Program-made: the position numbers and the translations under genes
Part shown: in pieces, positions 26,465 to 35,894 of the stretch
Position numbering within the stretch: position 1 is the first letter of the stretch
Layout: every line of letters starts with the position of its first letter
Source of the DNA: Bacteroidales bacterium
GTDB lineage: Bacteria; Bacteroidota; Bacteroidia; Bacteroidales; GCA-2748055
Reading direction: 5' to 3'
NCBI GenBank assembly: GCA_029210725.1
Contig: JARGFM010000012.1
Span: forward strand, 36,956-100,955
Length of the DNA: 64,000 bases
Notes under the pieces: model-generated
The model's database searches: none
Told to the model about the DNA's origin: nothing
The model's input: only the letters and a program-made list of their open reading frames with translations

Positions 26465-27727
26465 ATGCATGTGCTTAAGATTGCCGGGACATATGTAAGT
26501 GAGCTGGTAGGGCTGGTGAATGAGATGTCACCCTACCTTCTACTGGGATTCTTATTTGCCGGAATACTCCGGGTATTATTTCCAAGGCACTTGATTACCA
26601 GGTATATGGGTCAGAGTAATTTCAGATCGGTATTCAATGCATCCCTGCTTGGGGTCCCCATGCCCCTTTGTTCCTGCGGGGTACTTCCTGCCGGGATCGG
26701 GTTCTACAAGAATGGAGCCGCCAGGGGACCTACCATTTCTTTTTTAATCTCCACACCCCAGACCGGAGTGGATTCCATTCTGGCCACCTACTCCCTGCTC
26801 GGACTCCCGCTGGCTATAATCAGGCCGATAGTTGCTCTTTTTACAGGGCTTTTAGGAGGAGTGCTGGGAAATGCAGTGGACAGAAATGCTGTGGAGGAGA
26901 TTGAACGCGGAAGCAAAAGTGAAGAGAAATATGAGAGATCGGTCCGCGAACTTTTCAGGTATGGATTTGTCGAACTGATACAGGATATCTCCAAGTGGCT
27001 GCTGATCGGTATACTGCTTGCTGCCTTGCTGGCAGTATTAATTCCCAATGATTTTTTCACAAATACCATTTCCAGCGAATACCTGGCCATGCTCCTGATG
27101 ATCGCAGCTTCGGTACCGCTCTATATTTGTGCCACGGGTTCTATTCCCATTGCAGCGGTTCTGCTGATGAAGGGGCTGGCTCCCGGAGCTGCACTGGTCC
27201 TGCTTATGGCAGGTCCGGCCACCAATATCGCCACCATGGCAGTGATAGGTAACTCGCTCGGGAAAAGAGCTCTCTGGGTATACCTGGGCAGCATCATCGG
27301 CGGGGCGCTTTTTTTCGGGATCCTGGTCAACGAACTTCTGCCCAGGGAGTGGTTTACCGGTGCCATTGCATCGGTGGCTCATGAACACGGAACCGGATGG
27401 TTCAAATGGGCCTCATCGGCCCTTCTTGTGCTTTTGATTCTGAACGGATATTTAATGAAACTGCTCTCCTCCCGAATGGAGCGGAGAAGAGACCGGGAAA
27501 AAACAAATCGTATGAAACATGATATACTACAATACCGGGTAGAAGGGATGACCTGTGATCACTGTAAGGCAAGCGTTGAAAACGGATTGAAGAGTCTGAA
27601 GGGTATCTCGGAGGTAGTGGCCGACCGGATCAATAATCAGGTGAGCATTCAGGCCGGCTCTGTGTCAGAGAATCAAATCAGGGAGACCATTGAAAAGCTG
27701 GGTTACAGGTTTGTGGGCAAGCTTTAG
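26465..27727 (+). CDS. predicted metal permease (SO_0444-like) fused to a C-terminal heavy-metal-associated (HMA) domain
   Basis: 420 aa. Multi-TM permease with a PLCSCGVLP motif, and a C-terminal ferredoxin-like HMA domain with GMTCDHC. Confidence 0.75.
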   Translation: MHVLKIAGTYVSELVGLVNEMSPYLLLGFLFAGILRVLFPRHLITRYMGQSNFRSVFNASLLGVPMPLCSCGVLPAGIGFYKNGAARGPTISFLISTPQTGVDSILATYSLLGLPLAIIRPIVALFTGLLGGVLGNAVDRNAVEEIERGSKSEEKYERSVRELFRYGFVELIQDISKWLLIGILLAALLAVLIPNDFFTNTISSEYLAMLLMIAASVPLYICATGSIPIAAVLLMKGLAPGAALVLLMAGPATNIATMAVIGNSLGKRALWVYLGSIIGGALFFGILVNELLPREWFTGAIASVAHEHGTGWFKWASSALLVLLILNGYLMKLLSSRMERRRDREKTNRMKHDILQYRVEGMTCDHCKASVENGLKSLKGISEVVADRINNQVSIQAGSVSENQIRETIEKLGYRFVGKL

Positions 27728-27730
27728 GAG

Positions 27731-30202
27731 ATGACTCTGAATGATTTACATACGGGCGAATCTGCAACCATTGCCAGGATCAGGGGTCGTGGCGCTTTTC
27801 GTAAACGCCTGACAGAGATGGGTTTTATCCGCGGGAAAAACATTACTGTCTTAAAGTCGGCGCCTCTGAAGGATCCGGTAGAATACAGAATACTGGACAG
27901 TAATGTATCGCTGCGCAGAAGCGAAGCCAGCCTGGTGGAAGTTATTTTGGAGAGCGACTACCAGACGATATCACCGGGCAGGGCGGGAATGATTTCCGAT
28001 GTTTTTCAGAGGGGACCGTTGATGCCCAGGCCCGGGAAAATCATTGATGTGGCCCTGGTGGGGAATCCCAATTGCGGTAAGACCACTTTGTTTAACCGGG
28101 TCTCCCGTTCCAGGGAACATGTGGGAAACTATTCAGGGGTCACTGTCGGTTCGAAGGAGGCTCTGTTCAACCACAGGGGCTATACCTTTCGCATGACCGA
28201 TCTTCCGGGCACCTACTCTCTTTCCGATTACTCCAGTGAAGAGCGCTTTGTCAGGGAGCATATCCTGAAAAACAAGCCCGATGTGGTGGTCAATGTGGTC
28301 GATGCCAATAACCTGGAGCGGAATCTCTACCTCACCAGTCAGCTGATCGACATGGATGTTACCGTGGTAGTGGCACTGAATATGTATGATGATTTGTTGG
28401 AGAAAAAGGATAGAATCGACCTTGGATTATTGAGTAAGCTTCTGGGCATAAGGGTTGTGCCAACAATAAGTACACGGGGCAAAGGAATTTTCAGGTTGTT
28501 GAATCATGTCATTCGTGTTTTTGAAAACCAGGATCCTGATATCAGGCATATCCATATCCATTACGGGGAGGAGATCGAACAATCGGTGCAAAAACTACAG
28601 GAGCTGATTCGTCTCACACCCTCCCTCACAGATCACTACTCATCCCGGTTCATTGCCCTGAAACTGCTGGAACAGGATGACAATTGCACCTTTCTGATCT
28701 CAGGTGCGGAAAATTTTCTGGAGATACAGGCAACAGCCAGGGAGGAGAATGAAAGGATCAGCAGACTTTTCAGGGACGATACCGAAACTCTGATCACAGA
28801 CGCCCGCTATGGCTTTGTGGCCGGAGCTCTGAAGGAGACCATGAAGAGAAGCGGGAACGATCCGGGCTTTTCGCGTTCTCAGCGAATCGATCGCGTACTC
28901 ACTCATAAGTACCTGGGCCTGCCCATTTTTCTGGGTTTTCTCTGGATCATGTTCCATGCCACCTTTACCTTGGGGAACTATCCCATGGGCTGGATCGAAC
29001 AGGGCGTGGATCTGCTGGGTCAGCTTATCCGCACAAATATGGCAGAGGGGATCTTCCGGGATATGCTGGTTGACGGGGTTATCGGGGGTGTGGGAGGCGT
29101 CATTGTCTTTCTTCCCAATATCCTCATTCTGTTTTTCTTTATCTCGCTGATGGAGGATACGGGCTATATGGCCCGTACCGCTTTTATTATGGATAAGGTG
29201 ATGCATTTGTTTGGCCTTCACGGGAAGTCCTTTATACCGCTGATCATGGGCTTTGGCTGCAATGTGCCTGCCATCATGGCTACCAGAACGCTGGAGGACC
29301 GGAACGATCGTCTGCTGACCATGCTGATCATACCCTTTATGTCGTGCAGTGCCCGGCTTCCGGTCTATGTGCTGGTGGCCGGAGCCATTTTTCCTGCAAA
29401 AGCAGGGAATGTAATTTTTATGCTTTACATCCTCGGGGTTGTATTTTCCATGCTGATGTCCATCCTTTTTAAGAAGACACTTTTTAAGAATAGCGAGGCC
29501 CCTTTTGTCATGGAGCTGCCCATGTACAGGAACCCCGGGATCCGCGTGATCATGCGCCATATGTGGAGAAAGGGCTCACATTATCTGAAAAAGATGGGTG
29601 GAGTGATCCTGGTGGCATCCCTGGTGATCTGGGTGCTGGGGTATTTTCCCAGGGGGGTGGAGTATTCAAGGGATTATGAGCATCTTATAAACCTTGAGAA
29701 ACAGGCTGGTTCCGGGCAATCCGCCTCACAAATTATGCTTTTGACCAGGCAAATGGAATCGGAGCGACAGCAAAACTCCTATATCGGAAGGATTGGTATG
29801 GCCGTAGAACCCCTTATCAGGCCTTTGGGCTTTGACTGGAAGATGGGCATCAGTCTGGTCACAGGTTTTGCTGCCAAGGAGATTGTGGTAAGCACCATGG
29901 GTGTACTCTACCAGGCTGATCCCGGTGGGGAGGAAGGGACGGCCTCCCTGCAGGACAGGATCAGCAAGGAGGTGTACAGTGAAGGTCCTAAAGCAGGAAG
30001 CAGGGTGTTTACTCCTCTGGCCAGCATCTCTTTTCTCCTGTTTGTGCTTTTTTATCTGCCCTGTGTCGCGGTTATCGCCACGGTAGGAAGGGAATCGGGA
30101 AGCTGGAAGTGGGCTGCTTTTGTCCTGTTTTATACGACGGCCATCGCCTGGACGGCCAGTTTTGCAGTATACCAGCTGGGCAGTTTGTTCCAACTGGGAT
30201 GA
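27731..30202 (+). CDS. feoB: ferrous iron transporter, FeoA-FeoB fusion
   Basis: 823 aa. N-terminal FeoA SH3-like domain (ATIARIRGRGAFRKRLTEMGF), G domain (GNPNCGKTTLFN, DLPGTYS), and a C-terminal FeoB membrane domain. Confidence 0.9.
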   Translation: MTLNDLHTGESATIARIRGRGAFRKRLTEMGFIRGKNITVLKSAPLKDPVEYRILDSNVSLRRSEASLVEVILESDYQTISPGRAGMISDVFQRGPLMPRPGKIIDVALVGNPNCGKTTLFNRVSRSREHVGNYSGVTVGSKEALFNHRGYTFRMTDLPGTYSLSDYSSEERFVREHILKNKPDVVVNVVDANNLERNLYLTSQLIDMDVTVVVALNMYDDLLEKKDRIDLGLLSKLLGIRVVPTISTRGKGIFRLLNHVIRVFENQDPDIRHIHIHYGEEIEQSVQKLQELIRLTPSLTDHYSSRFIALKLLEQDDNCTFLISGAENFLEIQATAREENERISRLFRDDTETLITDARYGFVAGALKETMKRSGNDPGFSRSQRIDRVLTHKYLGLPIFLGFLWIMFHATFTLGNYPMGWIEQGVDLLGQLIRTNMAEGIFRDMLVDGVIGGVGGVIVFLPNILILFFFISLMEDTGYMARTAFIMDKVMHLFGLHGKSFIPLIMGFGCNVPAIMATRTLEDRNDRLLTMLIIPFMSCSARLPVYVLVAGAIFPAKAGNVIFMLYILGVVFSMLMSILFKKTLFKNSEAPFVMELPMYRNPGIRVIMRHMWRKGSHYLKKMGGVILVASLVIWVLGYFPRGVEYSRDYEHLINLEKQAGSGQSASQIMLLTRQMESERQQNSYIGRIGMAVEPLIRPLGFDWKMGISLVTGFAAKEIVVSTMGVLYQADPGGEEGTASLQDRISKEVYSEGPKAGSRVFTPLASISFLLFVLFYLPCVAVIATVGRESGSWKWAAFVLFYTTAIAWTASFAVYQLGSLFQLG

Positions 30203-30227
30203 TTTATTATATTGCGCCCCCTATTAA

Positions 30228-33200
30228 ATGTGTAACACTATGTTAAAAAAGCTATCCTTTCTCGTTTCTATGCCATTTATGGCTGTCCTGGTGATATCCC
30301 TGATAGTTGTTCTGGCACTGGCCACCTTTGTTGAGAGTGCCTATGGCACACAAACGGCATGGGCCGTGATATATGGGACGCACTGGTTTGAGCTGTTGAT
30401 GCTCCTGATCGGAATCAACCTGGTAGGGGTCATGGTAAAGCAGAAATTCTTCAGACGAAAGAAGATCGTCGTTCTGTTGTTTCACCTGGCATTTATCCTG
30501 ATCCTGCTGGGAGCCTCTGTAACCCGCTTTATCAGTTATGAGGGCAATATGCATATCCGGGAAAATTCTGCATCTGATGTCATGCTGAGTAACAATGCCT
30601 ATATAAATGTCTTACTGGAAGCCAGGGGGGAGCGCTCCGAGCATGCCAGAGAGGTGATGCTGACCGAACTGACCCCGAAAGATTACCGGATGAGCACCCG
30701 TGTGGGTGGAGAAAAGGTCACGATCAGATCCACAGAATACCTGAGCAGTGCGATTGAGCAGTATATATCCTCTCCGGGGGGAGAACCTTATATGCAGCTG
30801 ATGCTGGTAAGTGACCGGCAGACCACCATCGGGATCCCATCGGGGTCCACACAGGAGGTAAACGGAATGACCATTGGTTTTAACAGGGCCGATACATCGG
30901 CCATGGTTAATTTTTATTCCAGGGGCGATATGATATGGATGACGGCACCCTTTGCTGTTTCGGTCATGCAGATGGGTGGCGCCGGAGGTGAAGAGTATGC
31001 TCCCGGGCAGGAAGTACCTGTGAGGGAGAATACCCTCTACGCGATGGCGAATATGCGTTTGGCACTTCAGAGTTATATGCCTTCTGCCAGGAAGCAGATT
31101 GTAAGAGCTCCTGCTGGTCAGAGGGGTTCACATCTGGGAGCCGTCCGCCTGGAGATCAGTTACAGGGGGATGACAGGCGAGCTTTACGTACCGGGACTGG
31201 CCAGGCTGGCAGGACAGCCGGTCAGCGGAAGCATGGGTGATCTTAACTATACGGTCACTTATGGATCCAGAGAGATCAAAGTGCCATTTTCGCTCTTCCT
31301 GAAAAATTTTGAGGTGGAACGTTACCCCGGTTCCAACAGTCCATCGTCCTTTGCCAGCGATGTGGTATTGCTTGACCAGGAGATGGGAATCCAGGAAGAA
31401 CGGAGGATATTTATGAATAATGTATTAAAGCACAGGGGCTACCGATTCTATCAGGCTTCCTATGACAACGATGAGCAGGGAACGATTCTTTCGGTGAACA
31501 GGGACAGGGCGGGTACCCTCATCACCTACCTGGGTTATCTGGTTTTGATAGCCGGAATGGTAGTGGCTCTTTTTGTTCCCGGAACACGCTTCTCCATGAT
31601 CGCCAGGAAATCTGCTCCTGCAGCAAAGGTCCTGGTTATGGTTCTTTTGCTTCTGGGCGGAAGTCTGTCGCTGTTTTCTCAGGAGGTTCCGCCCAGGGAT
31701 GTGGCCCAGGACTTTGGCTATCTTTGGGTTCAGGACAAAGGGGGCCGTTTTGAACCCATGAATACCCTCTCCAATGAGGTGGTCAGGAAGATTACCAAAC
31801 ACAGCCATTATCAGAGCTACAGCGCCGATCAGGTACTTCTGGGAATGATTCTCTATCCGGATGTCTGGCAGAATAAAGAGCTGTTCGAGATAAAACATCC
31901 GGAGCTGCATCGCCTGACTGGTTACAGGGGAGAAATGGTAAGTTTTAAGGATATGATGGATTCCACAGGAAGTTATCTGCTCTCTAACCTGGTGAATGAG
32001 GCATATGCCAAGCAGGTACCCATGCAGACAGAGTTGGACCGGGAGCTTATTAAACTGGACGATCGTCTGAACGCTTTCTACCTGGTGCAGTCGGGAGGAC
32101 TGATCCGCATATTCCCTGATGAGGGAGCTGAGAATCACCGGTGGGCATCGCTTAGCGAGGCGATGATGGGACAGATGACTCAAAAAGAGGATACCATGTC
32201 CAATGTCTTTTTCCGCTACCTAAGTGCCTTGCAGCAAGGGGATTATACAGCTGCCGGGTTCTATGTGGACCAGCTTGGTGAGAGCCAGCTTTCCTCTGAA
32301 ATTCTCCCCCCCGAATCCAAAAAGAAGATGGAGCTCATTTACAACCGGATCAATATCTTTCCGCTTCTGGCAAGATTTTACGCTCTCTTCGGGGTCATTA
32401 TGATGGTGCTGGCCTTTCTGTTGGTTTTCAGACCGCGCAAGCTATATAAATTCCTCTTCAAGGTGGGAGTGATCCATTTGTCAGTGGCACTGGTGGCACA
32501 TACCGTGGCCCTGGGGCTCAGATGGTATATCAGCGGTCATGCCCCCATGAGTAACGGTTATGAATCGATGATCTTTGTGGCCTGGGTAACTTTGCTGGCC
32601 GGATTGATCTTTGTAAAACGATCCGGATATGCGCTGGCACTTACCGCCATACTGGCGGCTCTCTCCTTACTGGTAGCAGGAATGAGTAATATGAATCCGG
32701 AAATAACGAATCTGGTGCCTGTCCTTAAGTCTGTATGGCTTACCATCCACGTGGCTGTGATTATGGCCGGGTATGGCTTCCTGGGTTTGGCTTCTATCAT
32801 GGGCTTGCTGAATGTTGCATTGTACGCTTCGCTTTCTCCCTCCAATAAAACCAGGCTTGAAGAGGTGATTCAGCAGGTGACCCATGTGAACCACCTGACC
32901 TTGATTGTGGGTCTCTATTTTATGACTGCCGGGGTTTTCCTGGGAGGGGTATGGGCCAACGAATCATGGGGACGATACTGGGGATGGGACCCCAAGGAGA
33001 CCTGGGCCCTGATTACGGTGCTGGTGTATGCTTTTGTGACGCATATGCACCGGATTCCCGGACTCAGGGGAAGCTTTGCCTTTAACCTGGCGTCCTTCAT
33101 CTCTTACAGTTCCGTAATGATGACTTATTTCGGGGTGAACTACTTCCTGGGAGGAATGCACTCCTATGCCAGTGGTTCCTCCTTTACAATACCCCTGTGG

Positions 33201-33305
33201 ACCTACCTGATACTGCTTATGCTTGTGGGACTGTCGGTGTTTGCCTTCAGAAAGCAGCAAAAGCTGTTGCCAGAGAAGTCCCCGGATGAAGCAAGGGATC
33301 AGTAG
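30228..33305 (+). CDS. ccsBA: system II cytochrome c biogenesis protein, fused CcsB(ResB)-CcsA
   Basis: 1025 aa. The N-terminal part is ResB-like. The C-terminal CcsA part carries the Trp-rich haem-handling motif WGRYWGWDPKETWA. Confidence 0.8.
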   Translation: MCNTMLKKLSFLVSMPFMAVLVISLIVVLALATFVESAYGTQTAWAVIYGTHWFELLMLLIGINLVGVMVKQKFFRRKKIVVLLFHLAFILILLGASVTRFISYEGNMHIRENSASDVMLSNNAYINVLLEARGERSEHAREVMLTELTPKDYRMSTRVGGEKVTIRSTEYLSSAIEQYISSPGGEPYMQLMLVSDRQTTIGIPSGSTQEVNGMTIGFNRADTSAMVNFYSRGDMIWMTAPFAVSVMQMGGAGGEEYAPGQEVPVRENTLYAMANMRLALQSYMPSARKQIVRAPAGQRGSHLGAVRLEISYRGMTGELYVPGLARLAGQPVSGSMGDLNYTVTYGSREIKVPFSLFLKNFEVERYPGSNSPSSFASDVVLLDQEMGIQEERRIFMNNVLKHRGYRFYQASYDNDEQGTILSVNRDRAGTLITYLGYLVLIAGMVVALFVPGTRFSMIARKSAPAAKVLVMVLLLLGGSLSLFSQEVPPRDVAQDFGYLWVQDKGGRFEPMNTLSNEVVRKITKHSHYQSYSADQVLLGMILYPDVWQNKELFEIKHPELHRLTGYRGEMVSFKDMMDSTGSYLLSNLVNEAYAKQVPMQTELDRELIKLDDRLNAFYLVQSGGLIRIFPDEGAENHRWASLSEAMMGQMTQKEDTMSNVFFRYLSALQQGDYTAAGFYVDQLGESQLSSEILPPESKKKMELIYNRINIFPLLARFYALFGVIMMVLAFLLVFRPRKLYKFLFKVGVIHLSVALVAHTVALGLRWYISGHAPMSNGYESMIFVAWVTLLAGLIFVKRSGYALALTAILAALSLLVAGMSNMNPEITNLVPVLKSVWLTIHVAVIMAGYGFLGLASIMGLLNVALYASLSPSNKTRLEEVIQQVTHVNHLTLIVGLYFMTAGVFLGGVWANESWGRYWGWDPKETWALITVLVYAFVTHMHRIPGLRGSFAFNLASFISYSSVMMTYFGVNYFLGGMHSYASGSSFTIPLWTYLILLMLVGLSVFAFRKQQKLLPEKSPDEARDQ

Positions 33306-33970
33306 GGCACCTCATTCATGCTGCCGGCGGATGTGGAACCAAAGTCCATCACGCAATTGATCCGGTATTTGCGATGGGGCCTGAAGGCCACTCCAATGGA
33401 GTTGAAGTCGCGGGACAACATATTGTTCCGGTGCCCCAGGCTTTTAATGCCCTCATCGATCAGCAGGGAAATTACAATATCGATGGCCTGTTCATATCCA
33501 TAGGAGCAGTTTTCACCCACATGGGTATATGGATTTCCAAGCAAAGGTTCAAAGCGCTTTTTAAAACCACTGTGACCGGTAGTTCCTTTTTCTCCGGAAC
33601 TTTGTGCGTGACCCTGAGCCACTGCTGTTAAATCTTCCTGCGGCATCAGTGGAGCCAGTCCCTTGGTTTTTTTCAAATCTCTTTGTAGTGATCTGATATA
33701 GCTGCTGTTATCCAGACTCTTTTCCTGAAGGTAGCTCTGGAGGAAGGTTTGGGCAAAAAGGGGCCCGTCATGCCTGGCCATATTCATAAACAGGATCACT
33801 TTCTTTTCCTCTTCGTTGAGGTAGTCACTTTCCCCGGCACTATTCAGTGAACGGACCAGACCCGCTTCCCAGGCCGACCATGGACCGGACTGTCCAAGCA
33901 TGGGTAGCGGGAGGAACAGGAAGCATATGAGGATCGTCCTAGGTATCATGCTGGAGCATATATACTTCAT
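33299..33970 (-). CDS. secreted CAP/SCP (PR-1-like) domain protein
   Basis: 223 aa with a signal peptide. CAP motifs are GHSGF, GENCSYG and GHRNNML. Confidence 0.7.
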   Translation of the reverse strand: MKYICSSMIPRTILICFLFLPLPMLGQSGPWSAWEAGLVRSLNSAGESDYLNEEEKKVILFMNMARHDGPLFAQTFLQSYLQEKSLDNSSYIRSLQRDLKKTKGLAPLMPQEDLTAVAQGHAQSSGEKGTTGHSGFKKRFEPLLGNPYTHVGENCSYGYEQAIDIVISLLIDEGIKSLGHRNNMLSRDFNSIGVAFRPHRKYRINCVMDFGSTSAGSMNEVPY

Positions 33971-34358
33971 AGTCGTCGAATACTTTAAATCCCAGGCTCA
34001 GGTACAGACGTATGGCCGGGATATTATCCCGGTGAACCTCCAGCTTCACGGGGGAGTTTTTTTCCCGGGCAAAGGCAAGTGATTCCAGGGCCAGCATTCG
34101 GCCATAACCTAAGCCCTGTTTAGAGGGCAGAATCGCAAAATGATGAAGCTGGACCCGTCTTCCGTCCCAGGTAAGCCAGGAGGTGCCGAAAATCCTGTTG
34201 TTCAGCTCTTCCTCCAAAACCAGGAATCTTCCACCCTGGGCATTACATCGAAGGATCGAATCCGGGGTATCCCCGCGTTCTGCCGTATAAATACCCGTCT
34301 CTTTCCAGAGGGCATCTACCTTCGGAAAATCAGGGGGTTTGTAATCACGGATGATCAT
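33939..34358 (-). CDS. GNAT family N-acetyltransferase
   Basis: 139 aa. The acetyl-CoA-binding motif QGLGYGRML (Q/RxxGxG/A) sits in the expected position. Confidence 0.75.
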   Translation of the reverse strand: MIIRDYKPPDFPKVDALWKETGIYTAERGDTPDSILRCNAQGGRFLVLEEELNNRIFGTSWLTWDGRRVQLHHFAILPSKQGLGYGRMLALESLAFAREKNSPVKLEVHRDNIPAIRLYLSLGFKVFDDYEVYMLQHDT

Positions 34359-34364
34359 TTGAAA

Positions 34365-35825
34365 TCAGGCTTTTACCACATAAACCTGACCGGTCTCATA
34401 CCGGATGACCTTAATGGGAGCACCTTTTTCAATAAATCCATACTCAGATTTGGCGTCATAGAGTTTATCATTTATCATAACCTTCCCGGAGGGCCTTAAA
34501 ACCGTATGGGCTGCTCCCGTCTCTCCGATCAGGCTTTGCTGTTCGGTTTCCACCCCGATAAATCCTTCCTCGGTGCGTTGTTCACTTTTCAGAGACAGGT
34601 TTCCGAAAGCGGTGGTGGTCAGCAATTTTCTGGTTGCCCACAGGGACAAAATGACCCCCATCAGCACTGCCACAAGCACCAGGCTGAGGGATTTCATTAA
34701 AATTCCCAGGCCTTCGCCCGTAAACTCGGGATCCTCGAACACAACGTTATCAACCAGGCTAAGAGTGAGACCGGTAATGACTGCAATGATCCCCGCAACA
34801 CCTGCCACCCCAAAGCCGGGGATGGCAAATATCTCAACCATGATCAGGATTATTCCCACAATGAAAAGAAGCAGTTCCCAGTTTTCGACCAGTCCTTCCA
34901 GGTAGAGCGGGGCAAAATAGAGCAGTGCTGCTACAATGGCCGCCCCCAGGGCGAATCCAATTCCAGGCGACTGCAGTTCAAAATAGATGCCCCCGATGAT
35001 GATCATAATCAGAATACCGCTTACCAGAGGATTGATCAACAGACCAATCACTTTATCCAAACCGGAAGGATTATAGGATCGGAGTTCATACTCCCCGATT
35101 CCGATTTTGGAGATCACCTCCTCGATGGAGGTGGCAGTTCCTTCGCAATATCCGTGAGTGATAGCCTCGGATGCAGTAAAGGTCAGGACCTGACCGGTAT
35201 CACTGATCCCCTCCACATAGAGTCTGGGATCCACCATCGCTTCGGCTATGGCCGGATTGCGATGCCAGATAAACAGGGTATCTGTACCGGTGATAAGGGT
35301 GTCTTGCCCGTGCGCTTCTGCTGTGGCTCTCATGGTGGCCCTCATGTAGGACTGGTATTTATCGGGTACCTGTTCCCCGGTCTGATTGACCACGGTGGCG
35401 GCTCCAATCTTTCCTCCCGGCTGCATGTAGATGCTGTCGCATGCGATGGCGATCAGGGCACCGGCCGAAGCGGCATTGTCATCAATAAAAACATGGACAG
35501 GCATGGGCGCATTAAGAATTTTTGTACGGATCGAGTCAGCAGCGCTTACTTCACCCCCGTAAGTGTTCAGATGAAGAATGACCACATCGGCATTCAGGGA
35601 AAGAGCCTCTTCAAAAGCTTCCCGGGTAATACGCCAGGCAGGAGCGGCAATGTTTTCTTTTATGGCAAAGGTGTAGACCAGGGTTTTCGGTCCGGAGGCA
35701 GAATCGGGAAGAGGATTTCCGGCCTCAGGTCCGGAATCACTGCTCACTGTGTCTGGTGCCCTTACCTGGCCGGAAAGTACAATAAGCAGTAAGGCAGCGA
35801 GAACAGTATATGTGGCTTGCTTCAT
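34365..35825 (-). CDS. NfeD-family membrane-bound ClpP-class serine protease
   Basis: 486 aa. Signal peptide, ClpP-like domain (LNTYGGEVSAADSI), a block of TM helices, and a C-terminal NfeD OB-fold (VLRPSGKVMINDKLYDAKSE). Confidence 0.7.
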   Translation of the reverse strand: MKQATYTVLAALLLIVLSGQVRAPDTVSSDSGPEAGNPLPDSASGPKTLVYTFAIKENIAAPAWRITREAFEEALSLNADVVILHLNTYGGEVSAADSIRTKILNAPMPVHVFIDDNAASAGALIAIACDSIYMQPGGKIGAATVVNQTGEQVPDKYQSYMRATMRATAEAHGQDTLITGTDTLFIWHRNPAIAEAMVDPRLYVEGISDTGQVLTFTASEAITHGYCEGTATSIEEVISKIGIGEYELRSYNPSGLDKVIGLLINPLVSGILIMIIIGGIYFELQSPGIGFALGAAIVAALLYFAPLYLEGLVENWELLLFIVGIILIMVEIFAIPGFGVAGVAGIIAVITGLTLSLVDNVVFEDPEFTGEGLGILMKSLSLVLVAVLMGVILSLWATRKLLTTTAFGNLSLKSEQRTEEGFIGVETEQQSLIGETGAAHTVLRPSGKVMINDKLYDAKSEYGFIEKGAPIKVIRYETGQVYVVKA

Positions 35826-35894
35826 AATGAACTGTATATAACTTCAAAAGTAAGAATATTTTCTGCTAAATTTGCGGGAACAAAACCGATTCGG

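Noticed and set aside
28700-29560. Long antisense ORFs opposite bona fide genes. Examples are 28700-29560 opposite feoB, 49128-49916 opposite the SGNH hydrolase, 51794-52555 opposite the MFS gene, 21614-22126 opposite Cyt3, 4714-5433 opposite the ACD gene, and 448-1026 opposite the kinase.
   Set aside because: Each lies entirely within a gene that has strong motif support on the other strand. Their translations are low-complexity and rich in Arg, Gly, Pro and His, with no recognisable motifs. Such shadow ORFs are typical in moderately GC-rich coding DNA.
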